A stretch of DNA of 64,000 nt from a virus: IMG/VR virus record IMGVR_UViG_3300021375_002698. One strand, written 5' to 3'. Each line of letters starts with the position of its first letter. Position 1 is the first letter of the stretch. The notes beneath the pieces were generated by a model, which was not told the DNA's origin, did not search any database, and worked only from the letters and a program-made list of their open reading frames with translations. Made by a program: the position numbers and the translations under genes. Shown piece by piece: positions 47,416-56,314 of this stretch.

Positions 47416-47712
47416 ATGAGTATTTCAAATTCAATAAATAAGTATACGAAGACTGCTGTTATATTTTTCATAATAGGTAAACTTTTGTTTATACCTACTG
47501 TGATCAGCATTTTTGATAGAGACCAAGAATCATACACATTATTAATTACCTTGTATATATATGCTATTACATCGTCAATACTCTTTTCTTTGTATGGATC
47601 ATATAAGATGAATAATATGAACAAATCAAAAGAATTAAAAAGTAGTGACAACGGGACTTTTTTAATAAAAGTAAAGAATGGTAATATAATCGAAGTTTTG
47701 CAAAATATATAA
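47416..47712 (+). CDS. 2-TM membrane protein
   Basis: Two hydrophobic helices. Confidence 0.6.
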   Translation: MSISNSINKYTKTAVIFFIIGKLLFIPTVISIFDRDQESYTLLITLYIYAITSSILFSLYGSYKMNNMNKSKELKSSDNGTFLIKVKNGNIIEVLQNI

Positions 47713-47735
47713 CACATTATAGAAAAGAGTATTTA

Positions 47736-47990
47736 ATGTGTAAGAGTGTTTTGTTTAATTTTTTTCTTTTGGTAATCATTTTTTTAAGTTTATATAATGA
47801 GTATCTTTTAACTACTAAATGCAAAATCTACTTAAGGAAAAAAGATTTAGTAATTAATAAGTCAAAAAAAATAGAAGACTTTTCAACGCTATCTAGCATT
47901 AAAACAAATAGTAGTAGTGCAAAGAGAATGATTTATAAAGCATCACATGTAAAAAAAACTTTTAATAATCAAATTTATTTAAAAAACTAA
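47736..47990 (+). CDS. Membrane-anchored hypothetical protein
   Basis: N-terminal TM. Confidence 0.5.
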   Translation: MCKSVLFNFFLLVIIFLSLYNEYLLTTKCKIYLRKKDLVINKSKKIEDFSTLSSIKTNSSSAKRMIYKASHVKKTFNNQIYLKN

Positions 47991-47999
47991 GGTTAGTAT

Positions 48000-48530
48000 A
48001 TGAGATATTCACTTTCTGAAAAAGAAGCTTGTTTAGCATTTAAAGTTGCAAATGCTAGAATGAGTAAAGCTAGAGAAAATAATATATTTGAAAACAAGAA
48101 ATCAAAAAAACATTCAAGCTTTTTTATAGACTACAATGGCGCTGCTGGTGAAATTGCTTTTTTAGGTTTAATGTTGTCGGAAAAAATAATTTCAAACATA
48201 GAATATGATAAAAACTTAAAGCTTATTACATCGAGTCAAATAAAGTCAGCGTTTAAAGGAAAAGATGACGGTGACTTAGTAATAAAGAATATAAACATTG
48301 ATGTAAAAACAAGTGTTTATAGCAGCGCGCATCTCTGGATTACAGAGAATAAAAAGTATACATCTTTAATTGATGGGTATGTTTTAATGACAGGTAACGT
48401 TGAAAAGTCTTATAATTTTTTTTATAAGGGCTATTTATCACATAGTTTTGTTTTAAAAAACTGGAACAATACAACTTCAAAAACGAGTGGAAAATTTAGT
48501 CAAAAAGATTTAACAAATCTACCATTCTAA
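48000..48530 (+). CDS. PD-(D/E)xK nuclease-like protein
   Basis: GAAGEIAF...DDGDLVI...IDVKTS. Confidence 0.65.
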   Translation: MRYSLSEKEACLAFKVANARMSKARENNIFENKKSKKHSSFFIDYNGAAGEIAFLGLMLSEKIISNIEYDKNLKLITSSQIKSAFKGKDDGDLVIKNINIDVKTSVYSSAHLWITENKKYTSLIDGYVLMTGNVEKSYNFFYKGYLSHSFVLKNWNNTTSKTSGKFSQKDLTNLPF

Positions 48531-48543
48531 GAAAGGTTGAGCT

Positions 48544-48708
48544 ATGTCAAAAAAAAACGTAGAGTGTAGTTTATGTAAAAAAAACATGGACTTTTATATT
48601 CATGACTGTGGTAAATCAATTAGTATGTATTACGGGTGTAAAACATGTGAAGACTACTGCGGAAAGTGTAAAGTTAAAACAAACAAAAAGGATCAGACTA
48701 ATGCTTGA
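48544..48708 (+). CDS. 54-aa zinc-finger-like protein (not in ORF track)
   Basis: GAAAGG RBS; CSLC...CKTC..YCGKC. Confidence 0.65.
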   Translation: MSKKNVECSLCKKNMDFYIHDCGKSISMYYGCKTCEDYCGKCKVKTNKKDQTNA

Positions 48709-49054
48709 GAACATTGTAACGTATAAACTTGTAAGTTTTTTTAAAGATACATTTAATTTGTATTATGAAGTAGAAGATTTTAGGAATAATAATTTTAAAC
48801 CCTTCTTTAATGCTGATCACTACAAAGACTTTGACATTTTTATAGTTTCTTTCCCTGTAAAGAGTTCTATAGAATGCGCTGAAGTTAGAATCAGATTAAA
48901 AAATATTAGTTATGTATTAAAAGACACACATGATATTGAAATTAATTTTAAAAATATAGTTTTTGATTATAATAAACACTTTGAGAATGAAGTTGTATCG
49001 ATAAATAATATGTCTGTAGAAGAAGTTTTTGAAAATGAATCATTGTTTTGTTAG
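48701..49054 (+). CDS. Hypothetical protein (start corrected)
   Basis: AAGG RBS; MLENIVTYK. Confidence 0.6.
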   Translation: MLENIVTYKLVSFFKDTFNLYYEVEDFRNNNFKPFFNADHYKDFDIFIVSFPVKSSIECAEVRIRLKNISYVLKDTHDIEINFKNIVFDYNKHFENEVVSINNMSVEEVFENESLFC

Positions 49055-49140
49055 AAAGGAAAAATTATGTATTGTTATTATGACTACTTTCTAGAAATTT
49101 GTTTGTGTATAGAATTGATTAATGTATAAAGGGACTTGAA

Positions 49141-49311
49141 ATGATTACTGAAAATATTGTTATAAGATGTGAAAAAGAAAAGAAATACTATGCTAGCTGC
49201 ATTGAAAAGATTAATGAAGCATTAGTTGAGTATGAAAAAAAAAAGAAAGTAAAAGATGATAGCAACAACTTGCCTAGAGGTTATAAATTCTTTAAGATGT
49301 CTAAAGTATAA
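49141..49311 (+). CDS. Hypothetical protein, 56 aa (not in ORF track)
   Basis: AAGGG RBS; open frame. Confidence 0.5.
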   Translation: MITENIVIRCEKEKKYYASCIEKINEALVEYEKKKKVKDDSNNLPRGYKFFKMSKV

Positions 49312-49314
49312 CGT

Positions 49315-50115
49315 TTATATTTTTAAAAAGTTTAGTATATCAGCTCTTGTTGCGCCTAATGAAAGATTAGATTTACTATAAGACACATTTATGTTTCCAC
49401 ACACATAACCATTAGCATTATAAACAGCAGACCCAGAGCTTCCTGGTAATGATTCTATTGTATAAAGATTAGTCTTTACTTTTTTATTTTCTTGACTATC
49501 TAGATATATACCTGAAAAATTTCCTTCTCTAAATGGTGCTGATCTTTTGCTATAAAAACCACCTGATGCTGAAATGTTGTATATTCTTTCGCCATACTTA
49601 CACTCAACATTATTGACTAAGGACTTAACTCCCCACTCTTTAATAGTAGTAAATTTACATAAGTCAGTATTATGATCTTTTTTTACTATTTTATCAAAGA
49701 TATATCTGTTTCCAAAAAAGTCTTTAATGTAAATTTCAGGAATAATATTTATTTTTTCTTTTACATCTTTACTGTTAAAAACATTTGATATTACTGCTGC
49801 AGAAATTATAGAATCTTTTATCATTTTAAACTGCTTAGGATCTTTAAACTTTATTGACTCTTCACAAACATGTTCAGAAGTTAGTAGTACTGTTTTATTT
49901 TTTTGATGATCAACTATAAACGAAGAAGCTCTCATGAAGGGTCCATCAATTATTTTACTCATCAAACGTAAAGCAAGCAAATCAACTGTGTCTTTGTTTA
50001 TTGCAGTTACTTTAATACCGACGTGAATCATACCAAAAGATTTCTTCATGTGATCTACAGGAATGACTATATCACTAGAGATAATTAAAAAAATAGAAAT
50101 AATAAATTTAAACAT
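49315..50115 (-). CDS. Secreted trypsin-like serine protease
   Basis: LLTSEHVC, TDLC, PGSSGSAVYN (H-D-S triad); signal peptide. Confidence 0.88.
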   Translation of the reverse strand: MFKFIISIFLIISSDIVIPVDHMKKSFGMIHVGIKVTAINKDTVDLLALRLMSKIIDGPFMRASSFIVDHQKNKTVLLTSEHVCEESIKFKDPKQFKMIKDSIISAAVISNVFNSKDVKEKINIIPEIYIKDFFGNRYIFDKIVKKDHNTDLCKFTTIKEWGVKSLVNNVECKYGERIYNISASGGFYSKRSAPFREGNFSGIYLDSQENKKVKTNLYTIESLPGSSGSAVYNANGYVCGNINVSYSKSNLSLGATRADILNFLKI

Positions 50116-50162
50116 TATAGGCCTTTTTTAGTGTAACTTTTGTTTACTTATATTATAATATA

Positions 50163-50522
50163 TTGATGAGGAGATTAAAATTGAATAAATTTATATTAAT
50201 TATAGTAACTTCAGCAATATTTAGTTGCACTAGTAATAGTAGATTAAAAGAAAAGCGCTTTTTAAGAAGTTGCAGCGCTGAAACTAAAATTAAAGATATT
50301 GTAATCAACAAACTTTATAGAAAAGTAAAAGTTATAAATGCACTATTGGAAGAGAAAAGAAAAGATAGAACAGAAAAAAAGCATAAATCTGATATTCTTT
50401 TCTCTAGACTAAAAACTTGCAGAAAAGGATTACTAGACTGCAAAGTAAAAAGATATAGACAATTAGAGTATAACAAGCTGTTAAAAGACCAAATAGAAAG
50501 TGAAGTTTGCAATGAAAACTAA
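50163..50522 (+). CDS. Coiled-coil lipoprotein
   Basis: Lipobox IFSC. Confidence 0.6.
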   Translation: MMRRLKLNKFILIIVTSAIFSCTSNSRLKEKRFLRSCSAETKIKDIVINKLYRKVKVINALLEEKRKDRTEKKHKSDILFSRLKTCRKGLLDCKVKRYRQLEYNKLLKDQIESEVCNEN

Positions 50523-50763
50523 CGTTAATAATAAAACAAAAGAAGATGATTTAGTAATGCCTGAAAAGTTTATAATGCTTATGGTTTCCGAAAACGGAAA
50601 ATATTATTGGATTACTTCTTCAAACATATCTGAAAAGCAAAAAGATGTTCTAAGTAGAGTTCATGCTGTTATTGAAAAGCCTTCTTATATTTTGCTTGTT
50701 ATATTATACATTGAAATTTATTTGTTAAGCTTTTTCACGTATGTTAAGAGCATATTTAAGTAA
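50512..50763 (+). CDS. Membrane protein
   Basis: C-terminal TM; overlaps the previous gene. Confidence 0.55.
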   Translation: MKTNVNNKTKEDDLVMPEKFIMLMVSENGKYYWITSSNISEKQKDVLSRVHAVIEKPSYILLVILYIEIYLLSFFTYVKSIFK

Positions 50764-50836
50764 TTTAATTGTGTGTAATAATTTATAAATTTATAATATA
50801 ATAATTTTGTAACATATACTCTTTGGAGGAATTTTA

Positions 50837-51388
50837 ATGAGCAATAAAAATCAAATCAAAAATCGCCATAAGGGGAGAGGAAATACTTGGCTCAAGATAA
50901 AAAATGATACAAATGCATACCAGAAGATTTTAAACATTATATCTTCTGTTGACTCTAAAAAGATAGTATCTTATTTTGAAAAAGCAGGCTATGCGTGGGT
51001 TAGATTTTCTAAAGTAAATAAAGATGAAACTGGAATGTATGAAATAAGATACAGAGGCTCAAAGCTAGACCATCCAGACTGCACGATTAACTTAGAGTGG
51101 AAAGAAATAAATAGCTTCGAGCTTTTAGGAAACACTCCTGTAAAGTTATATCTTGAAACAAAAGAAAGCAAAAAAGAAGTTAAAACAAATGATAATAAAG
51201 AAGTTATCACAATCGTTAAAGAAAGTGTTAAGAGCAAGCGTAACATTGAAGACAATAAAGCTTGTATCAAAGAAAGAATAGATAGTGCAAGAAATGTTAA
51301 ACCTGTTCGCTCAACGCAGAAAGAACTAGACGTGTGGAATAGTTGGTGTAGAATAAATGGTATATTTAATTCTGAAGAAGAAATTTAG
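50837..51388 (+). CDS. Novel 'GRG/AWxRF/GSKxDH' family protein, copy 3
   Basis: HKGRGNTW, GYAWVRF, RYRGSKLDHP, GNTPVKLYLE. Confidence 0.8.
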   Translation: MSNKNQIKNRHKGRGNTWLKIKNDTNAYQKILNIISSVDSKKIVSYFEKAGYAWVRFSKVNKDETGMYEIRYRGSKLDHPDCTINLEWKEINSFELLGNTPVKLYLETKESKKEVKTNDNKEVITIVKESVKSKRNIEDNKACIKERIDSARNVKPVRSTQKELDVWNSWCRINGIFNSEEEI

Positions 51389-51539
51389 ATAGATGATTGT
51401 GCATGTTTTATTTATCTTTTGGCTTTACTGGATTCTTAATACAAATAATGATACTTTAAGTTCAGAAGAGCTTGTTTTTAAAATATTTACAGGTTTTCTA
51501 TTGTTTACTTTAAACAACGTTCTATAGAGGTGGTATTGA

Positions 51540-52433
51540 ATGAAATACAAAAAGATGAAAATAGATGATAGCTTTTTAAAGTATATAAGTAAGTGGAGTA
51601 AAGATGCAAGTTGCATTTTAGACTATTGCTTGAACAACAGTCTATGGATTGCAGGAGGGTTTGCAAGAGAAGTATACAGAATAAATGTTATTAAAGAAAA
51701 TGCAGATATAAAAATAGAAAATTACTTTTTTAACAAATCAGGTGATATTGATTTGTTTGGAAAGAAAGCTGATTTGGTTTACAATACTGAATACTTTGCA
51801 AACACAGAAAGTAATAATGACTTTACTTTTCATGAAAGTTTATACACTAGCAATATTGTCTTTTCGTGCGTTAAAAAGCTAAGAGAAAAAGACAAATTAA
51901 ATTCAGCTATTAGATCAGGAATTGCATTGCAGATTGTAAATAAAATAGATCATGAAAATATTTTTGATTGTCTAGCAAGTTTTGATATAACTAATTCTAA
52001 GTATTGTATCTATAAAGAAAACAATAACTTTTTTTTGACGTTTGATGAAGATGCAGAGTATTATGACAGTAGAAAAGAGTTAGATATAAGTCATAGCGAT
52101 ACTCCTTATCTTGCGCAAAGAGTAACAAAGTATATCAAAAGGAAAGATTTAAACAAGATTTCAAAAAGAAGTAGAGATAAAATAAAAGAATTTTTTGTTA
52201 ATGTAATATCAAACAAGTGGAATAAACATATTAAAGTTCAGACATTTAATGAATTATCAAATATCCATGCTGACATTATTCGACTTGACAAAATAATTAA
52301 GTTAACAGAAGAAGAAATTATTATAATGTTGGGTAAGATTAATACTTTAATTTACAATGACGACTATACATATTTTGTATCAAAAGATTGGGCGTCTGAA
52401 ACTATTTTGAGAGGTGTGAAGAATGAAAAATAA
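51540..52433 (+). CDS. Class II nucleotidyltransferase-like protein (CCA/polyA polymerase head domain)
   Basis: WIAGGFARE...GDIDLF...FDITNSK. Confidence 0.7.
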   Translation: MKYKKMKIDDSFLKYISKWSKDASCILDYCLNNSLWIAGGFAREVYRINVIKENADIKIENYFFNKSGDIDLFGKKADLVYNTEYFANTESNNDFTFHESLYTSNIVFSCVKKLREKDKLNSAIRSGIALQIVNKIDHENIFDCLASFDITNSKYCIYKENNNFFLTFDEDAEYYDSRKELDISHSDTPYLAQRVTKYIKRKDLNKISKRSRDKIKEFFVNVISNKWNKHIKVQTFNELSNIHADIIRLDKIIKLTEEEIIIMLGKINTLIYNDDYTYFVSKDWASETILRGVKNEK

Positions 52434-52743
52434 AGAAGTTAAAAAAGGTGATATGATATATTACAAAGGAATATCAGGAGGTGCTTACATTATTGTTTGT
52501 GATAGATCTAAAAAATCTTTTTTTGCTCCAAACAAGAAAGGCATTAACGTAAAAGGCGAGAAATTTCCTTTATTGAAATATGAAAAGTTTAGTATTGTTT
52601 CTTTTGACATAGTAGGTAAAGAAACAAAAGATTACAATGTAAATATTTCTTTGACTAGACTTATAGCTGGAGGACAAACTTTCATTATAAGTCAAGATAG
52701 TCTTTACAATTACTTTGCTGTTGAAGAAAGCAGATTCCATTGA
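52423..52743 (+). CDS. Hypothetical protein (KOW/SH3-like start)
   Basis: KKGDMIYY. Confidence 0.6.
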   Translation: MKNKEVKKGDMIYYKGISGGAYIIVCDRSKKSFFAPNKKGINVKGEKFPLLKYEKFSIVSFDIVGKETKDYNVNISLTRLIAGGQTFIISQDSLYNYFAVEESRFH

Positions 52744-52994
52744 AAGTTAAAGTTGGAGACCTTTTGTGGGTTACACTAAAGCATGCTTGCAACGAGTATG
52801 GATATGGTAAAGTAACTGAAGTATGGGAAGATATTGAAGTGGGTGTTTGTTTTGAGTTTTTTTGTCAAGTCAATGGTGGATTAAGAATGGGTTTAGAAAA
52901 AAATATAATAGACAAGCCTAATTTAAGAATGACGTCTAAATTGTTTGAGCAAAGAAAGTTATATAGCGAGATGTTAAAAAAGAAAAACAAGTAA
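52740..52994 (+). CDS. Hypothetical protein (KOW/SH3-like)
   Basis: KVGDLLWV...GKVTEV. Confidence 0.65.
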   Translation: MKVKVGDLLWVTLKHACNEYGYGKVTEVWEDIEVGVCFEFFCQVNGGLRMGLEKNIIDKPNLRMTSKLFEQRKLYSEMLKKKNK

Positions 52995-53061
52995 TACTTT
53001 TATAGTGTAATTTTTAAATTATAGTATTATAATAATAAAAACAACCAAGAAAGATTTTAAC

Positions 53062-53679
53062 ATGGACATTCAATCAATTAGAAAAATAATTTTTCCTGCT
53101 GTTTCTGATGTAGTTTCTAAGTTAGAAGAAGAAAATCATAGTATTAAAATTACATTTCTTCGTGAAATATTCAATGAAGCTATTAATGGCGCACTTAATA
53201 TTAGTCATACAAATAATACAAGCATCAAAGCTATGTTTTCTGGTAGAGGCAGAGCTTGGGCATCAACTACAGTATCAAATGATAATCCAGTCTGGATCAG
53301 TATTAGACATACATTAAGTAAAGAGATATTATATAGTGATCCTTCTTCTAAGCAATATAAAGAATGTACTAATTTGTTAGATACTTTTGAATCAGCTGGT
53401 TTTGCTTGGATGAGATTTGATTCTGTTTCTAAAAACAATTTAAGATTTAAGTTAAGAACAAAAGGCTCTAAGTTAGAGCATCATATTAAATTTTACACGG
53501 ACAGCTGTTATATAAGCAGAGGATATATAAAAAACTTAGAAGGTGTTCCTCATAGATTAGGATTAGAATCAGGTAATTTCGAAGAAGAAAACGTTGTCAA
53601 AGAAGTTATTGAAAAGCCTGTAAGTAAAGAAGAGTTACATTCTGTTGGAATAAAAACATTAGAAGATATATTGTCTTAA
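53062..53679 (+). CDS. Novel 'GRG/AWxRF/GSKxDH' family protein, copy 4
   Basis: MFSGRGRAW, GFAWMRF, RTKGSKLEH, GVPHRLGLE. Confidence 0.85.
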   Translation: MDIQSIRKIIFPAVSDVVSKLEEENHSIKITFLREIFNEAINGALNISHTNNTSIKAMFSGRGRAWASTTVSNDNPVWISIRHTLSKEILYSDPSSKQYKECTNLLDTFESAGFAWMRFDSVSKNNLRFKLRTKGSKLEHHIKFYTDSCYISRGYIKNLEGVPHRLGLESGNFEEENVVKEVIEKPVSKEELHSVGIKTLEDILS

Positions 53680-53694
53680 CATATAGGGGTAATC

Positions 53695-53943
53695 ATGAGT
53701 CATAAAGAAGAAGTTAATCATCCATCACATTATTTGAAAGGCTCAGGCTTTGAAGTAATTGATGTTGTGAATGCTTGGGATTTAAACTTTCAGTTAGCAA
53801 ATGCAATAAAATACATTGCTCGCTCTGGGAAAAAAGACCCTAACAAAGTCATTCAAGACTTAGAAAAGTCAATTTGGTATATAAAATATGAAATTGATAG
53901 AATAAGTAACAATAAAAATATTTTAAAAAAAGAAAGAGAGTAA
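53695..53943 (+). CDS. DUF3310-family protein
   Basis: VNHPSHY...EVIDV...NAIKYIAR.GKK...DLEKSIWY. Confidence 0.88.
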   Translation: MSHKEEVNHPSHYLKGSGFEVIDVVNAWDLNFQLANAIKYIARSGKKDPNKVIQDLEKSIWYIKYEIDRISNNKNILKKERE

Positions 53944-53950
53944 GTTAGTA

Positions 53951-54133
53951 ATGAGAGTAAAAATAAAATGGGATCTTGCTGATACTGGGTTTGAAGGATT
54001 TCTCTATGAAGAAGCGATTAGAGATCTAGGACTACCTAAAACTCTTTCATTAAGCTTAGAAGAAGATGAAGAAGTAGAGTCATATTTGCAACAAGAGTAT
54101 GGATTTTACGTAGAGTCTTGGGAAGAAGATTAA
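53951..54133 (+). CDS. Acidic hypothetical protein
   Basis: IKWD...LP...YL..EYGF.V.S motif. Confidence 0.7.
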   Translation: MRVKIKWDLADTGFEGFLYEEAIRDLGLPKTLSLSLEEDEEVESYLQQEYGFYVESWEED

Positions 54134-54159
54134 CTTTTAATTTCAACATATAAAAAGAG

Positions 54160-54690
54160 TTGGTTGCTGCTATGAGAGATAGAATTTTAAAAAAGTTTAA
54201 AGATGTAAGTCATAAATGGTTTTATTTAAATATTAAAGATACAGCTTTTAATATTGTTTTAAGTGATATAACAAGTGCAATTCAAGAGGGTGATATAACA
54301 GCAAATGATGCTATAAAGTTAGTTATGTCATTTAAAGAAAAAGAAAAAGCGTTTATAAAACTTAAGAACGTTAAAGGCAGAAATGATATTATATGCTCAT
54401 GTGAGTTAATTACAAAAGACAACAAGAAAATTAAAACTACAGTCTCTGGTAATGTTATTTTAAACAGGTGTGTCTTAATTGAGGGAACACCAAAGAAATT
54501 AAAGTTATATAAACAGAAAAGCGCTAACTTTAAAAATTGGATAAAACCAGATGACAATTTCACAGACGAATTTAAAATGCCTATAGAAGAAGAGCTTACT
54601 GAAGACGGTTATTATCTTTATAAATCTTTTTGTCTAGAGCTTAAAAGATTAAATATCACAGCAAAAGAATACTATAAAAGGTTTTGCTAA
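54160..54690 (+). CDS. Hypothetical protein
   Basis: ORF. Confidence 0.65.
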   Translation: MVAAMRDRILKKFKDVSHKWFYLNIKDTAFNIVLSDITSAIQEGDITANDAIKLVMSFKEKEKAFIKLKNVKGRNDIICSCELITKDNKKIKTTVSGNVILNRCVLIEGTPKKLKLYKQKSANFKNWIKPDDNFTDEFKMPIEEELTEDGYYLYKSFCLELKRLNITAKEYYKRFC

Positions 54691-54764
54691 TAGCGCCAGT
54701 CTATTTTTTTCAAGTAATGATATATAAACATTAGAATTATAGAAAATACGTAAGGACAGCCATT

Positions 54765-54980
54765 ATGAATTCTGGAGCGCTGTGTTTAGTAAATGAAAAA
54801 GATCTGTTGTATGGATATATCTTTAGTGATGATAATCATAAAAACTTTACTAGAGTAAAAGTAGAGACAGGAGTTTATTTAGTTATAAAAATTTTCCCAG
54901 ATAAATTTTATGAAATTCTTGTTGATAAAAAAATTGTTATGGTGAAACTTGAAGACAAATTTATTAAAGGATATAGTTAA
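54765..54980 (+). CDS. Hypothetical protein
   Basis: AAGG RBS. Confidence 0.6.
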   Translation: MNSGALCLVNEKDLLYGYIFSDDNHKNFTRVKVETGVYLVIKIFPDKFYEILVDKKIVMVKLEDKFIKGYS

Positions 54981-54998
54981 TATAGGGAGGTCTTTATC

Positions 54999-55238
54999 AT
55001 GAAAAATCTTGTTTTAAGTATTTCAAAAGAAAATAAGTCTTTTGATATTGTCAAAGATGAAACTATTCTTATATTTGAAAATGTAACAGCTTACGAAGAA
55101 GAAATTATATCAATGATTGAAGAAAACAAAATTAGTTATTTAGAACTTGAAAGTTTAGTAAAAAGTTGGGGTGGCAAATTAAAGTCTGTCAAGCTAAAAA
55201 TGATTATTAACGAGTATTATAAAAGTATAGAAAAGTAG
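54999..55238 (+). CDS. Hypothetical protein
   Basis: GGAGG RBS. Confidence 0.65.
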   Translation: MKNLVLSISKENKSFDIVKDETILIFENVTAYEEEIISMIEENKISYLELESLVKSWGGKLKSVKLKMIINEYYKSIEK

Positions 55239-55258
55239 TGCTAAATTGAAAGAAAAAA

Positions 55259-55654
55259 ATGTTTACAAAACAATACTATAGAAATCTTATTAATTCAAAT
55301 TCTTCAAGTCTTAATCCGATTGATGAATTAGTAAAATCAGTTTTCCTAAACAGAAAACCAAAAAAAGATTTTATTATAAACACTAGCAATTCAATTTTAT
55401 CAAAAACGCTTTATGGATATGAATATAAAACAATAGCTGTAGGACTTGATCAAGAAGAGATAGAAGTTTATATTCAAGACTCACACCTGTTCATACATAC
55501 AAAAGAATTGACTAGAGAAGATAATATTGCTGATCCTTTTAAAGTTATTATTAATCATAAAATAAAGTTAAAAGACAAAGTTGATGAAGACAATATAATT
55601 TCACAACTCTCTAATGGCGTGCTTAAAGTTATAGTTCCCTTTAAAACTTTCTAG
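55259..55654 (+). CDS. Small heat-shock protein (Hsp20/alpha-crystallin)
   Basis: GLDQEEIEV...VDEDNIISQLSNGVLKVIVP. Confidence 0.8.
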   Translation: MFTKQYYRNLINSNSSSLNPIDELVKSVFLNRKPKKDFIINTSNSILSKTLYGYEYKTIAVGLDQEEIEVYIQDSHLFIHTKELTREDNIADPFKVIINHKIKLKDKVDEDNIISQLSNGVLKVIVPFKTF

Positions 55655-55703
55655 AATATCGTAACTAATTTTATTTAACATTAAAGTCTGTATAAATAAA
55701 TTT

Positions 55704-55730
55704 AAAGCCAGGATTTATCCTGGTTTTTTT
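55704..55730 (+). terminator. Rho-independent terminator at the convergence point
   Basis: GCCAGGA-TTTA-TCCTGG followed by a T run. Confidence 0.85.
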
Positions 55731-55733
55731 GTT

Positions 55734-55919
55734 TTAAATAAACTTAATATTTTTCTTGTGTACACAGTAACAGTTTCTTTCTATGAAGACATTATAATAT
55801 TCATGAAATTGTTTCGATTTGTTAAGTACTATACATACTTTTTGATTTTTGTACCCTAAGTTTATAATTCCTAATGATGATTTATTTTCTTTTATTTTAC
55901 TCACTATAATACCCTTCAT
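55734..55919 (-). CDS. Hypothetical protein
   Basis: ORF. Confidence 0.5.
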   Translation of the reverse strand: MKGIIVSKIKENKSSLGIINLGYKNQKVCIVLNKSKQFHEYYNVFIERNCYCVHKKNIKFI

Positions 55920-55972
55920 TTCGTCAAATTCCTGCTGTTTCTAGTTACTTTGTATTAGTCTTAAGTGCTATT

Positions 55973-56314
55973 TTATTTTATAGCTATCACGTTAGTTTTA
56001 GAAATCTTTTTTTGTTTTAAAGTCTCAGATAACATTACTTTTAAAAAAGTATCTTTGACATCTAAGACTATACCTTTTTCTTTATACACTTTGTTCATAA
56101 TACAAAAAACAAGATCACCCTTTTCTATAGACTCTTCTTGTTTAGTATTTTCTTTTGTCAGTAGCTCTAAAGAAAACTTTTTAAAAATAAAATTATGTTC
56201 TATGTCTTTTAATTTAACAATAGCATGTGTATTGTTAACTTCTTCAATGAACATCTTATATAACTTACTCATACCTGAGTACTTTAAATATACCCTGTCA
56301 CCTTTAGAAAACAT
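55973..56314 (-). CDS. Tandem KOW/SH3-like protein
   Basis: KGDRVYL and KGDLVFC repeats. Confidence 0.6.
   Translation of the reverse strand: MFSKGDRVYLKYSGMSKLYKMFIEEVNNTHAIVKLKDIEHNFIFKKFSLELLTKENTKQEESIEKGDLVFCIMNKVYKEKGIVLDVKDTFLKVMLSETLKQKKISKTNVIAIK

Larger units (their letters stand above)
24549..53033 (+). promoter_or_regulatory. Family of about 31 phage promoters GTGTAA-N17/18-TATAAT-N5-TG
   Basis: GTGTAA starts at 24549, 24638, 24884, 25759, 26084, 26531, 26883, 27253, 27640, 27937, 28482, 29020, 29840, 29952, 30305, 30639, 31527, 31800, 33691, 34585, 36761, 39788, 40105, 41612, 43049, 44068, 45624, 46435, 50131, 50773, 53005; almost all lie just upstream of a gene start. Confidence 0.9.

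Noticed and set aside
46884-48530. Restriction-modification pair (methyltransferase + PD-(D/E)xK protein)
   Set aside because: The genes are separated by two membrane ORFs and the MTase lacks clear DPPY/NPPY or PC motifs, so linkage is unsupported.
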